Source: Octopus vulgaris (lineage: Eukaryota). Taken from it: a DNA stretch of 64,000 nucleotides. The notes under the pieces are model-generated. The model had not been told where the DNA came from. It saw only the letters and a list, made by a program, of their open reading frames with translations, and ran no database searches. Positions within the stretch are counted from its first letter, which is position 1; each line of letters starts with the position of its first letter. The translations under genes were made by a program, and so were the position numbers. The stretch lies in NCBI GenBank assembly GCA_951406725.2, contig OX597832.1, positions 3,348,001-3,412,000 on the forward strand, written 5' to 3'. Below are positions 23,864-37,073 of the stretch, piece by piece.

Positions 23864-25330
23864 AGGGGTGAAGGAAGGCTAATGGTTGTAATATATTGGT
23901 GAATCTAGGCTTGATTATGAGTTAAATTACATTTTTTTTTTTCATTTAAAGCAGAATGTGTGTGGCAGCTGTACTATCTTAGATGTGTGGGGGTGCACTT
24001 GTGTTTGAGGTGGGTCAGCAACCTTACAGACTGAAAGTATTTCTGGGTCTGAAACTGTCTTTGAGATACAGTCTTGCCTCTCACTGTCCCTTCCACACAC
24101 ATGTGCACACCGCATAAGCAAAACCGGTGTACATTTATGTAAAATAGTACTAAATATTTTAATAATGTTGTTAGGTGGAGGGAGAATAATATCTATTGAA
24201 AGTTGCATTGCCACAGATCACTGGCTGAACTGAGATCTGCTGTTTTTACTATTTTGACCTGTGAAAATACATCTTTGAATAAAAATCATGAAGTGGGCTG
24301 TAAAACTACGGGCAAAAAAGGCTGGCTCATGAGTTGTTGCAGCTGTGATGCAAGTTGAAGTCTGACACGCACACACACATCCATCTTCATTGTCTTCATG
24401 TTCTATTTTTGATGTTTGCTTGGGTTAGGTGGAATTTCTTGAGATGATAGATTTTCCATGGCCAGATGCCCTTCCTGTCATCAACCCTCATCTTTTTCCA
24501 AGCAAGGTAATGTTTCCCCATGGCCAGACATGTTTTCATGGTAGATTGGAAATGGAGGACTATGGCACTCATTCACAAATATCACATGATGTCAAGGCAA
24601 GAAGACAGTAACACATGCTTGCATGTATGCACACACACACAAGACAGGCTTCTTTCAATTTCTGTCTACTAAATTCACACACAATAGTCTTTGGAATTTT
24701 AGCAGATGACACTCACTCAAAATGCTGTGCAGTGGGACTGAAACCAAAACTATGTGGTTGGGTAGCAAACTTCTTCCCACGCAGCCATGCCTCATAAAAT
24801 AACAACCATCACTTCTATATGAATGTTTTTAGGTACCTATTAGAAGCCTATGTACTGACAAGCAGGCACAGGACCATTTTGTGCCATCTACTCTCAATCC
24901 AACAGAACATCCATAATATAACAGCAGTAGGTAGTAGATAGGGCTGCATCAGCACTTGGCTGGTATTCCCTTTAAAGCCGAGTGAGCCACAGCAATGCGA
25001 AATAAAAGTGTCATGGGTAAGGAGACAACTTGCCACCGGATTGGCAAATTGAACTCAGGACATTACAACTGTAAGCTGAACACAGTGACAACTAAGTTAT
25101 ATAATCACTTCATCTATGTCCACTTTTCAATGCTATTATAGGTTGGACAGCTTTTCTGAGGAAATCTTTTATAAGCAGAAGTCTTTCCTATTCACAACAT
25201 CCTGAAATCTAATGTACTGAGATGATATTCATACACACTCATGCACACATGTGCATGCACATATGCACATGCGTGTGCACACAAAAACACACACACACAC
25301 ACAATGTCTGTGAGTGTGTGAATTTATATA

Positions 25331-26329
25331 TTGGGTTGGCAACTAAGTTCCCACTGTTTTTTTTAATTAAAATTTTTTAAAAGGTTTAATAAAAAATAAC
25401 TAATTAATCAATAATTATTCACCCTTGTTGTTTACAACTTCTTCTCTATGTTCAACAAGATTTTCAATACCTCATTGGTAGAAATCACCTGATTTCAACT
25501 CAAAAAATTGATCCAAACAAGCTCTCAATTCTGCATCAGTATTGGACGAAACACCGTGCATAGTATTTCAAAGAGATCGAAAGAGGTGGAAATCTGTTGG
25601 TGCCAAATCAGGAGAGTACGGCGGGCGTGGCAGCTCTTCCCAGCCATGCTTTTGAATGGCTTCCTTAGTCATATTGGCGATATGAGAGTGGGCGTTGTTG
25701 TGCAGCAGAAGAACTCCATGCTGATGATTAGGTCTTCTCTCTTGAATAGCCATGTTGAGTCGCTCCGTCTGTTGAACATAGACTTCCGGATTGACAATTT
25801 GGCTCCATTCAAGCAATTCACAAAGGATAATCACTTCCCAGTCCCACCATATGCACAACATCGTTTTACATGGATGAAGATCTTGTTTCACATGTGGTGT
25901 TGCTTGTTTACTAGGGATAAGCCATTACTTACGCTGCTTCATATTGATGTACAGGCACCACTTTTCATAGTCAGTAATGATTCGGTAAAAAAATTGTTGC
26001 TTGTGTCCATGAGTTGAGCAGTGATGAGCAAGCAAACCAGCGGAGATTGTGGCCCAGTGATTTTTGTCGTCACTTAAAGCATACGGAGCCCATGCTCCAT
26101 ACTTCTAAAACTTTCCCATCGAGTGAAGATGCTTCTCTATAGCAGTGTGGGAGCATTCCATTTTCTCTACCAGTTCCCTTGTCGTTTGACGAGAATTTTT
26201 GTGCAAAAGTTGGTTTAATCGCTCTTCATCGAAATCAACCGGGCGGCCAGAATGAGGTGTATCTTTGAGGTCAAAATTTGCAATTTTGAAATTGGCATGC
26301 CAATCACAGGAACTTAGTTGCCAACCCAA
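25331..26329 (-). mobile_element. Mariner DNA transposon, internally deleted and non-autonomous
   Basis: 21-bp TIRs TTGGGTTGGCAACTAAGTTCC; TA on the left, CA on the right; transposase remnants FDLKDTPHSGRP, LCIWWD, LLHNNA, PYSPDLAPTDFHLFRSL. Confidence 0.93.
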
Positions 26330-26429
26330 CACATAAAGTATATGTGTGTAAATAAATGTATATATATATATATAAATAAATGTATAAATGTATATAAATA
26401 AATGTATAAATGTATATATATATGTATAA

Positions 26430-26471
<42 letters not shown>

Positions 26472-26498
26472 GTATAAATATATAGTTATATGTATATA

Positions 26499-26587
<89 letters not shown>

Positions 26588-26666
26588 AATGTATAAATAT
26601 ATAGTTATATGTATATATATATATATATATACATACATATATATATATATATATATAAATACATAC

Positions 26667-26717
<51 letters not shown>

Positions 26718-26739
26718 CATATATATATATATGCATATA

Positions 26740-26770
<31 letters not shown>

Positions 26771-26777
26771 GCATATA

Positions 26778-26845
<68 letters not shown>

Positions 26846-26983
26846 AACACATAAGAGATTACCATAATAGGACATCTGACTCACAAGAAAGAGCAGTTAA
26901 ACTCAAAACCACTAATAGTTGTAATTCTGGAAGAGAAAGAGAAATAAAAACGTTTACCCTATAAATATATATATATATATATG

Positions 26984-27232
26984 TTCATTTAGAGATTGTA
27001 GGTCCCTTCATCTCACTATATAAAAGAATTTTAATTTAAATACTTACTACGTTATAACTTGGCTACACGTGTTTCATGAGGTACATATCCTGGTTCCTTA
27101 ACCACGCCATGTTTTGCTGGAACCATTCTTAAAATATAACCCCAATCATCAGGCCTCTATAGTTATAAAGTAGTATTTAAATTAAATTTCTTTTATATGG
27201 TGAGATGAAGGGGCCTAGTATCTCTAAATGAA
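26984..27232. repeat. ~75-bp-arm inverted repeat enclosing a hammerhead
   Basis: 26984-27059 versus 27161-27232, reverse-complementary with few differences. Confidence 0.88.
27061..27155 (-). ncRNA. Type I hammerhead ribozyme motif with palindromic loop III
   Basis: GGC-CUGAUGA-uUGGGGU..UGGUUCC..GGAACCA..ACCUCAu-GAAAC-acgu-GUA-GCC. Confidence 0.78.
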
Positions 27233-27352
27233 AATATATATTTTCTCATTGAGAATATCTTGAACCCCTGTCATGCCGGAATTTTTATTCTCTAACAAAT
27301 AAAATTAAATATATATATATATATATATATATATGAATAAATACATACATAC

Positions 27353-27398
<46 letters not shown>

Positions 27399-27407
27399 AT
27401 ATATATG

Positions 27408-27441
<34 letters not shown>

Positions 27442-27462
27442 CATACACATATATACATATAT

Positions 27463-27503
<41 letters not shown>

Positions 27504-27798
27504 CACACACACACACATATATATACATATATATATACACACACACATACAATATATATATATATTATATAATTATAAACGTAATTATAATTAGAGGTCA
27601 GCTAATTGCTTCGCCATGCACTAAATTTAAAAATAGGAGTTAAATTCCTTTTTTGGTACTCTAATTATGTTTATAATTATAGAATATTTGTATAATTTTA
27701 CCTAAAAAGTTTATTTTAATGTACCGATCTACTGGGTAAAATTGTTAATTATTAATCAAATGATTATTTAATTAATTAATTTTACTCTTTCATTATTA

Positions 27799-27839
<41 letters not shown>

Positions 27840-27844
27840 TTTTA

Positions 27845-27899
27845 AATTGTTTAATTTTATCTAGTTTCAGCTAACGAGCTGTGGCCATGCTGGGGCACC

Positions 27900-27903
<4 letters not shown>
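27845..27903 (-). mobile_element. Extreme 3' tail of a CR1-like LINE
   Basis: TCTAGTTTCAGCT..AGCTGTGGCCATGCTGGGGCACCGCCA nearly identical to 29178-29221. Confidence 0.8.
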
Positions 27904-27947
<44 letters not shown>

Positions 27948-28082
27948 CATATTCATATATATACATATTCATATATATATACATTATCATATATATATAT
28001 AAATATATGTATGTATATGTACATACATACATATATATATGTATATGTACATACATACATATATATATATATATACATATTC

Positions 28083-28114
<32 letters not shown>

Positions 28115-28133
28115 GTATATGTACATATATATA

Positions 28134-28165
<32 letters not shown>

Positions 28166-28507
28166 CATACATATATATATATACATACATATATATATAC
28201 ATATATATATATATACATATATATATGTATATGTACATACATACATATATATATATATACATATTCATATATACATATATATATACATATTCTATATATA
28301 TATACATATATACATATATATATATATATAAATATTCATATATACATATATATATATATACATATTCATATATACATATATATATACATATTCTATATAT
28401 ATATATATATACATACATATATATATATAAATATTCATATATACATATATATATACATACATATTCATATATATATATATATATACATACATATATATAT
28501 ATACATA

Positions 28508-28599
<92 letters not shown>

Positions 28600-28607
28600 T
28601 ATACATA

Positions 28608-28674
<67 letters not shown>

Positions 28675-28699
28675 CATATATATATATATATATATATAT

Positions 28700-28755
<56 letters not shown>

Positions 28756-28947
28756 TTCATATGTGTGTATAAATACATACATATATGTATATATACATAT
28801 GTATGTATATATATATATATATGTATATATTTATATGTATGTATATATATATATATGCATATATGTATGTATATATATATGTATGTATATATATATGTAT
28901 GTATATATATATACATATGTATATATATATATATATATATACATATG

Positions 28948-28996
<49 letters not shown>

Positions 28997-29158
28997 GTAT
29001 GTATATATATATATATATACATATGTATATATATATATATATATATACATATGTATGTATATATATATATATATACATATGTATATAAATATATATATAT
29101 ATATACATATGTATGTATATATATATATATATGCATATATGTATGTATATATATATGT

Positions 29159-31929
29159 GATTGATTGATTGATTGATTCTAGTTTCAGCTTATGAGCTGT
29201 GGCCATGCTGGGGCACCGCCATTTGGTGTTGCTACTTGGTTTCACTTCATGGAGGCTTTCTAGCAACTGCTATTTGGTGCATGAGAGAGTTCGATGCAGC
29301 TGCCCTCATCTGCCCCTCCTGCCGTGAAGTTGGTTCATCTGGGACACCTGACAGGAAGAGATCCAGCTTCATTTTAAAGACATCTGTATCCACCCCATGC
29401 AGGTCTCTCAGGTTCTTCGGGAGGATATTGAAGAGCTGTGGGCCTCGGAAGCCCAGGCTATCACAGAATCTTGTCCTACATCTTGATGGCAGGTTTGGAG
29501 TCCTAGGCACCACGCAGTGGCGCCCAGTTCTGGCATTTGCGTAACTCTCGATGCCAAAGTTCAGGACACTTCCCTCCAGGATCTTCCAGATGTATATTAT
29601 GGCATATCTTTCCCACCTACGCTCCAGGGAATATAATTTTAATCTCTTGAGTCTTTCCCAGTAGCTTACATTCTGCATAGAGGCTATCTTCTTTGTGTAG
29701 CTTCGTTGGATCGCCTCAAGTTCTGTGATCAACTTGACACTGGATGGTGACCATAGCTGAGAGCAATAGTCAAAGTGGCTTAGGACAAGTGTCTTCCAGA
29801 GGACCATCATGGTTTCTTGTTCTCTTGTTCTAAAGGTTCTAAGAATCCATCCAGCCAGCCGTCTACATTTCATTGTCAGTTTAGCAACATGTACATGAAA
29901 GGTCGCGTCATCACTCATGTGAATACCAAGGTCATGCACTGATTGTGCCTCTGGGATTGCAATCCATCCGGGTCCAGTGTATTCATTGGGTATTGCATTC
30001 AGTTTTGCATGCTGATAGTATAAAGCTTGAAACTTTCCAGCATTGAACTGCATGCTATTCTTTTCAGCCCACTTGTATATTTCGTCCAGCTCACATTGCA
30101 GGTGTTTAGTGTCCTCAGGGTTCTGTATTGCCTGTGAGACTTTTGTATCATCTGCATAACTTGTGATCGTGGCTCTCTGCGTGGCTGAGGGCATGTCTGA
30201 GAGGGCCATTATGAACAGTAGTGGTCCCAGAACAGTGCCCTGCGGAACACCGCTCACTATTTGTGTGTTAATGGAGGTGGCCCCATTGGCTACTACCACC
30301 TGACTTCTATCCTTCAGAAAGTCATGAAGCCATTCTCCCAGTTTTCCAACTATGTTGAGATCACGCAGTTTGTGACATATCATTCCATGATCGACTTTAT
30401 CAAAGGCCTTTGCAAAGTCGAGATATATCACTTCCACATTTGAGTGGTTGAGCAGCCGTTTCAGCACCCAGTCATAGTGTTGTAGGAGCTGAGTTAAACA
30501 GCTTCTCCCTGGTCGGAAACCATGTTGGGTGTCGGGCAGCAAGTCATTCTCTTCAAGGAAGGTGATCAGCTTCCTTCTGACTATTCGTTCCATGACCTTG
30601 CTGATGTGTGAGGTCAGAGAGATAGGTCTATAGTTCTTGGCTTCCGCTCTGCTACCTCCTTTATGAATGGGGCATATTTTACCTTCCTTCAGTTTTCCTG
30701 GAAGTTTGCCAGCTGCAAGGAAGCTCTGAAAGAGGAACTGCAGTGGTCTTGCTAGGACTCTCTTACATGCTTTTAGGAGGATTGCCGGGAATCCATCGGG
30801 GCCAGTAGCTGAGTCTGTTTTCATTTCATCTATAGCCTTGGTTACATCGTCTTCCTTTATATCGATGTAATCTATCGTCGCCGCCTCTGATTTTATATCT
30901 GCAGTGGTAAAAAAGTCAGTTGGATTGGTGATTTGGAGATGCCCAAAGGGTGGAGTGAAAACACTCTTGAATTGCTCATTCAGTATTTCACTTACCCTCA
31001 TTGGTTTTCCTGTAAGTGTGCCATCCTTTTCAAGGAGTGGCCCTATTCTACAGTGCACTGTAGCTGTTTCTTTGGCATACCTGTAGAAAGCTCTGGGGTT
31101 AGATTTTATGTTTTCTATAGCCCAGGCTTCTTTGTCTGCTCTTTCTTTTTCATGGGAGAGTTGCAGACATTTTTCGATTTCCAACAGTTTTATTTTTAGG
31201 CGGGACTTTTCACTGCTTTCAATCTGTTTGTTTAGGCGATTTGAAAATTTCGTACGCCGTCTCATTAAAATTTTCCTCTCTCTGGGGATTTTGTTCTTGT
31301 GTACAGTGGCCTTTCTCTCTGGGACACATTTGTAGCATATGGCTTGCATTACAGACATGAATTGTTGAAGTTTCACGTCGATGTCTGGCGAGGAGAGACA
31401 TTCAGGCCAGTTTTGTTTGAGGATCTCTTTCTCAATTTGTTTCCAGTTTGCCTTATGGTAGTTCAAGCTGGAAAGATTTTGAGAGTTTCTTGTAGGCTGC
31501 ATGTCCGTGCTCTCTTTTGGCCCGTACATGGTCAGCTCTATCATGTTGTGATCCGAGAGTAGTGTCGGTGTCACTTTCACATTATGGATGAGATCCATGT
31601 CATTTGTGAAGCAGAGATCCAGTGTGTTACCTGCCCTGGTTGGTTGGAGTATTACCTGCTCCATGTACAGGGTGTTGATGAGGTTCAGGAGGGACCTCGC
31701 CTGTCCTCGTTCACATCTTGTCATTCCTGGGAGAGAAAGGCCCTCGGGCCATCTGACATTGGGCAGATTGAAGTCTCCCATAAGAAGCACACCTATGTGT
31801 TGTTCTAATGTGGTTAGAATTTCTTCTATTTTTATAAGGCAGTCTTCGAACTTGCCCACATGGCTTGGGGCATCTGGAGGGCGATATGTAGCACACACAA
31901 CTACATCAAGTTGCCTAATATGTACAATG
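29159..31929 (-). mobile_element. 5'-truncated CR1-like (CR1/L2 group) LINE with (AATC)n tail
   Basis: Open ORF2 frame, short 3' UTR with two stem-loops, and (GATT)n on the plus strand at 29159-29178. Confidence 0.93.
29247..31928 (-). CDS. LINE ORF2 fragment: partial APE endonuclease plus reverse transcriptase (~893 aa, no native start)
   Basis: APE motifs YRPP, MGDFN, LDLCF and SDHN; RT motifs [43 protein letters not shown] and YADDTK; no internal stop. Confidence 0.92.
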   Translation of the reverse strand: MVHIRQLDVVVCATYRPPDAPSHVGKFEDCLIKIEEILTTLEQHIGVLLMGDFNLPNVRWPEGLSLPGMTRCERGQARSLLNLINTLYMEQVILQPTRAGNTLDLCFTNDMDLIHNVKVTPTLLSDHNMIELTMYGPKESTDMQPTRNSQNLSSLNYHKANWKQIEKEILKQNWPECLSSPDIDVKLQQFMSVMQAICYKCVPERKATVHKNKIPRERKILMRRRTKFSNRLNKQIESSEKSRLKIKLLEIEKCLQLSHEKERADKEAWAIENIKSNPRAFYRYAKETATVHCRIGPLLEKDGTLTGKPMRVSEILNEQFKSVFTPPFGHLQITNPTDFFTTADIKSEAATIDYIDIKEDDVTKAIDEMKTDSATGPDGFPAILLKACKRVLARPLQFLFQSFLAAGKLPGKLKEGKICPIHKGGSRAEAKNYRPISLTSHISKVMERIVRRKLITFLEENDLLPDTQHGFRPGRSCLTQLLQHYDWVLKRLLNHSNVEVIYLDFAKAFDKVDHGMICHKLRDLNIVGKLGEWLHDFLKDRSQVVVANGATSINTQIVSGVPQGTVLGPLLFIMALSDMPSATQRATITSYADDTKVSQAIQNPEDTKHLQCELDEIYKWAEKNSMQFNAGKFQALYYQHAKLNAIPNEYTGPGWIAIPEAQSVHDLGIHMSDDATFHVHVAKLTMKCRRLAGWILRTFRTREQETMMVLWKTLVLSHFDYCSQLWSPSSVKLITELEAIQRSYTKKIASMQNVSYWERLKRLKLYSLERRWERYAIIYIWKILEGSVLNFGIESYANARTGRHCVVPRTPNLPSRCRTRFCDSLGFRGPQLFNILPKNLRDLHGVDTDVFKMKLDLFLSGVPDEPTSRQEGQMRAAASNSLMHQIAVARKPP

Positions 31930-31969
31930 TATGTATATATATATATATATGTATATATGTATATGTATG

Positions 31970-32000
<31 letters not shown>

Positions 32001-32416
32001 GTATATATGCATATATGTATGTATATATATATATATGTATATATGCATATATGTATGTATATATATATGTATATATGCATATATGTATATATACATATGT
32101 ATATGTATGTATATATATATATGTATATATGCATATATGTATGTATATATATATATGTATATATGTATATATGTATGTATATATATATATGTATATATGC
32201 ATATATGTATGTATATATATATATATATGTATATATGCATATATGTATGTATATATATATATATGTATATATGCATATATGTATGTATATATATATATAT
32301 GTATATATACGTATATGTATGTATATATACGTGTATGTATATATATATATGTATGTATGTATATATACGTATATGTATATGTATGTATATATACGTGTAT
32401 GTATATATATATGTAT

Positions 32417-32448
<32 letters not shown>

Positions 32449-32488
32449 GTATATATATGTATATGTGTATATATGTATATGTATATGT

Positions 32489-32520
<32 letters not shown>

Positions 32521-32998
32521 GTGTATATATATATGTATCTATGTATATATACGTTTATATATATATATATATATATATATATGTAAATATATATATGTAT
32601 ATATATGTGTATATATGTATATATATATGTATCTATGTATATATATATGTATATATATATGTATATATGTATATATGTATATATATGTATATATGTATAT
32701 ATATATGTATATATATATATATATATGTAAATATATATATGTATATATATATGTATATATGTATATATATATGTAAATATATATATGTATATATGTATAT
32801 ATATATATGTATATATGTATATATATATATGTAAATATATATATGTATATATGTAAATATATATGTATATATATGTAAATATATATGTATATATATGTAA
32901 ATATATATATGTATATATGTAAATATATATATGTATATATGTAAATATATATATGTATATATGTAAATATATATATGTATATATGTATATATATATAT

Positions 32999-33157
32999 GA
33001 TCGATTGATTGATTGATTGATTCTAGTTTCAGCTCATGAGCTGTGGCCATGCTGGGGCACCGCCATTTGGTGTTGCTACTCAGTTTTACTTCACGAAAGC
33101 TTTTTAGCAACTGCCATTTGGTGCATGAGAGAGTTCGATGCAGCTGCCCTCATCTGC
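32999..33157 (-). mobile_element. Short 3' copy of the same CR1-like LINE
   Basis: Highly similar to 29159-29313, including the (GATT)n tail. Confidence 0.9.
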
Positions 33158-34171
33158 ATATATATATATGTATATATATATATATGTATATATATATTTA
33201 TATGTATATATATATATTTATATGTATATATATATATTTATATGTATATATATATATATATGTATATATGAATATATATATATATGAATATATACATATA
33301 TATATGTATATATGAATATATACATATATATATGTATATATGAATATATATATATATGTATATATGAATATATATATATATATATATATGAATATATATA
33401 TATATGTATATATGAATATATATATATATGTATATATGAATATATATATATATATGTATATATGAATATATATATATATGTATATATGAATATATATATA
33501 TATATGAATATATATATATGTATATATGAATATATATATATGTATATATGAATATATGTATATATGTATATGTATATATGAATGTATATGTATATATGTA
33601 TATATGAATGTATATATGTATATGTATATATGAATGTATATATGTATATGTATATATATGTATATATATGTATATATGTATATGTATATATATGTATATA
33701 TATGTATATATGTATATGTCTATATATGTATATATGTATATATGTATATATATGTATATATAGATATGTATATATATGTATATATAGATATGTATATATA
33801 TGTATATATGTATATATATGTATGTAGATATGTATATATATGTATGTATATAGATATGTATATATATGTATGTATATACATATGTATATATGTATATATA
33901 TGTATATATGTATACGTATATATATATACGTATATATATGTGTATATGTATATATGTATATATGTATATATGTATATATATATATGTATATATATGTATA
34001 TATGTATATATATATATATATGTATATATGTATATATATGTATATATATGTATGTATATGTATGTATGTATATATATGTATGTATGTATATATATGTATA
34101 TGTATATATGTATATATATGTATATATATGTATATATGTATATATATATATGTATATATGTATATATATAC

Positions 34172-34475
34172 GTTTTTGTATTCTTATTGTTGTCACGTAT
34201 TCTGTATTTTTGTTCGTGTACTTCGTTCGTTTTCCGTCCTCGTGTTGTATACATTCGAAGCTTTCTTCCAGGGGATCTAATGCACTTGGCTTAGATTTCC
34301 CGTGGCGGGCTGGCCATATCGGAGCAATCTCAAGATTAATCAGCCGAAATTGCTAAGATGATCTGGTTCTTGACTGATGACTGAGGGCTTCGAATGTCCC
34401 GTCCTGTGGTTCTTGTGTCGTCTCTGTGGCGTTTCATGTTCTTGTCCATGTCTGTAATTATTTTTACTGTTTACC
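34172..34475. mobile_element. Unclassified ~300-bp CpG-retaining element inserted in a TA array
   Basis: Sharp boundaries in the TA array; internal 11-bp inverted repeat ACATTCGAAGC/GCTTCGAATGT; right end weakly similar to the reverse complement of about 62195-62305. Confidence 0.55.
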
Positions 34476-35189
34476 TATATATATATGTATATATATATGT
34501 ATATATATGTATATATGTATATATATATATATGTATATATGTATATATGTATATGTATATATATATGTATATATATATGTATATATATATATATATATAT
34601 GTGTATATATAGATGTATATATATATGTATATATATGTATATGTATATATATGTATATATATGTATATATGTATATATATATGTATATATATATGTATAT
34701 ATATGTGTATATATGTATATATATGTATATGTATATATATATGTATATGTATATATGTATATGTATATATATATGTATATGTATATATATATGTATATGT
34801 ATATGTATGTATATGTATATATGTGTATATATGTATATATATGTATATGTATATGTATATGTATATATATATGTATATGTATATATGTATATGTATATGT
34901 ATATATATATGTATATGTATATATATATGTATATGTATATGTATGTATATGTATATATATATGTATATGTATATATATATGTATATGTATATATATGTAT
35001 ATGTATATATATGTATATGTGCATATATATGTATATATATATGTATATGTATATATATGTATATGTATATATATGTATATGTGCATATATATGTATATAT
35101 ATATGTATATGTATATATATATGTATATGTATATGTATATGTATATATATATATGTATATATATGTATATATATGTATATATATATGTT

Positions 35190-35225
<36 letters not shown>

Positions 35226-35513
35226 TGTTTATATATGTATGTATATGTATATGTATGTATATATATATGTTTATATATGTATGTATATGTATATGTATGT
35301 ATATATATATGTTTATATATGTATGTATATGTATATATATGTATGTATATGTATATATATGTATGTATATGTATATATATGTATATATATATGTATATGT
35401 ATATATATGTATATATATATGTATATATATGTATATGTATATGTATATATATGTATATGTATATATATGTATATGTATATGTATATATATGTATATGTAT
35501 ATATATGTATATG

Positions 35514-35806
35514 CTTGGGTTTCAGAGGACCACAGCTCTTTAACATCCTCCTTAAATGCCTAAGAGACTTACATGGTGTGCATGTGGGTTTCTTTAAAAC
35601 TAAACTGGATCTCTTCTTGTCGGGAGTCCCAGATGAACCTACCTCACGACAGGAGACACGGATGCGGGCAGCAGCATCGAACTCCCTTGTTGATCAAGTG
35701 CCACGTATCAGAGGTGGATTCACAAATTAGTGTAGCTCATTCAGCGGTGGTGCCCCAGCATGGCCGCGGCCTTTGGGCTAAATCATTTTTAAGGATTTAA
35801 GGATTT
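35514..35806 (+). mobile_element. 3' fragment of a second CR1-like subfamily
   Basis: [44 protein letters not shown] matches the ORF2 C-terminus; different 3' UTR and (AAGGATTT)n tail. Confidence 0.9.
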
Positions 35807-35909
35807 ATGTATATATATGTATATGTATGTATATGTATATGTATGTATATGTATATATATATGTATTTATATATGTATATATATATGTATATGTATATAT
35901 ATTTATGTG

Positions 35910-35944
<35 letters not shown>

Positions 35945-36234
35945 GTATGTATGTATATGTATATATATATGTATGTATGTATATGTATATATATATGTAT
36001 GTATATTTATATGTATATATATATGTATGTATATTTATATACCTATATATATGTATGTATATGTATATATATGTATGTATATTTATATATGTATGTATAT
36101 TTATATATGTATGTATATATATATGTATGTATATGTATATATATGTATGTATATGTATATATATGTATGTATATGTATATATATGTAAGTATATGTATAT
36201 ATATGTATGTATATGTATATATATATATGTATGT

Positions 36235-36270
<36 letters not shown>

Positions 36271-36306
36271 GTATATGTATGTATAAGTATATATATATAT
36301 GTATGT

Positions 36307-36347
<41 letters not shown>

Positions 36348-36358
36348 TATATGTATGT

Positions 36359-36394
<36 letters not shown>

Positions 36395-36577
36395 GTATGT
36401 ATATATATATATGTATGTATATATATATATATGTATGTATATGTATGTATATGTATATATTTGTATGTATATATATGTATGTATATGTATGTATATGTAT
36501 ATATTTGTATGTATATATATGTATGTATATGTAAATATATGTATGTATGTATATGTATATATATATGTATGTATATG

Positions 36578-36581
<4 letters not shown>

Positions 36582-36613
<32 letters not shown>

Positions 36614-36825
36614 GTTTCAGTAATTTTACTGCGGCCATGCTGGAGCACCGCCTTTAGAGTGGTGAAAGAGTACAGCAGGGATCACCACATCCCGCCGGAG
36701 CCTCGTGGAGCTTTTAGGTGTTTTTTTCGCTCAATAAACACACACAACGCCCGGTCTGGGAATCGAAACCGCAATCCTCCGACCGCAAGTCCGCTGCCCT
36801 AACCACTAGGCCATTGCGCCTCCAC
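36582..36825 (-). mobile_element. Chimeric SINE: family B tRNA head, CR1-type tail, poly(A)
   Basis: 36660-36825 matches 10902-11066; 36610-36655 matches the family A SINE tail; 28-nt T run on the plus strand. Confidence 0.8.
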
Positions 36826-37040
36826 ATGTATATGTATGTATATGTATATATATGTATATATATATGTATGTATATGTATGTATATGTATATATATGTATA
36901 TATATATGTATGTATATGTATATATATGTATATATATATGTATATATATGTATATATATGTATGTATATGTATATATATGTATGTATATGTATATATATG
37001 TATGTATATGTATATATATGTATGTATATGTATGTATATG

Positions 37041-37073
<33 letters not shown>

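Noticed and set aside
29247-33110. 1287-aa ORF as a full-length LINE ORF2
   Set aside because: The first ~394 codons run through a separate LINE tail copy and microsatellite; real ORF2 homology begins near 31928, mid-endonuclease
34372-34405. CTGATGA...GAAT...GTC as a hammerhead
   Set aside because: GAAA core broken and stems I and III do not pair
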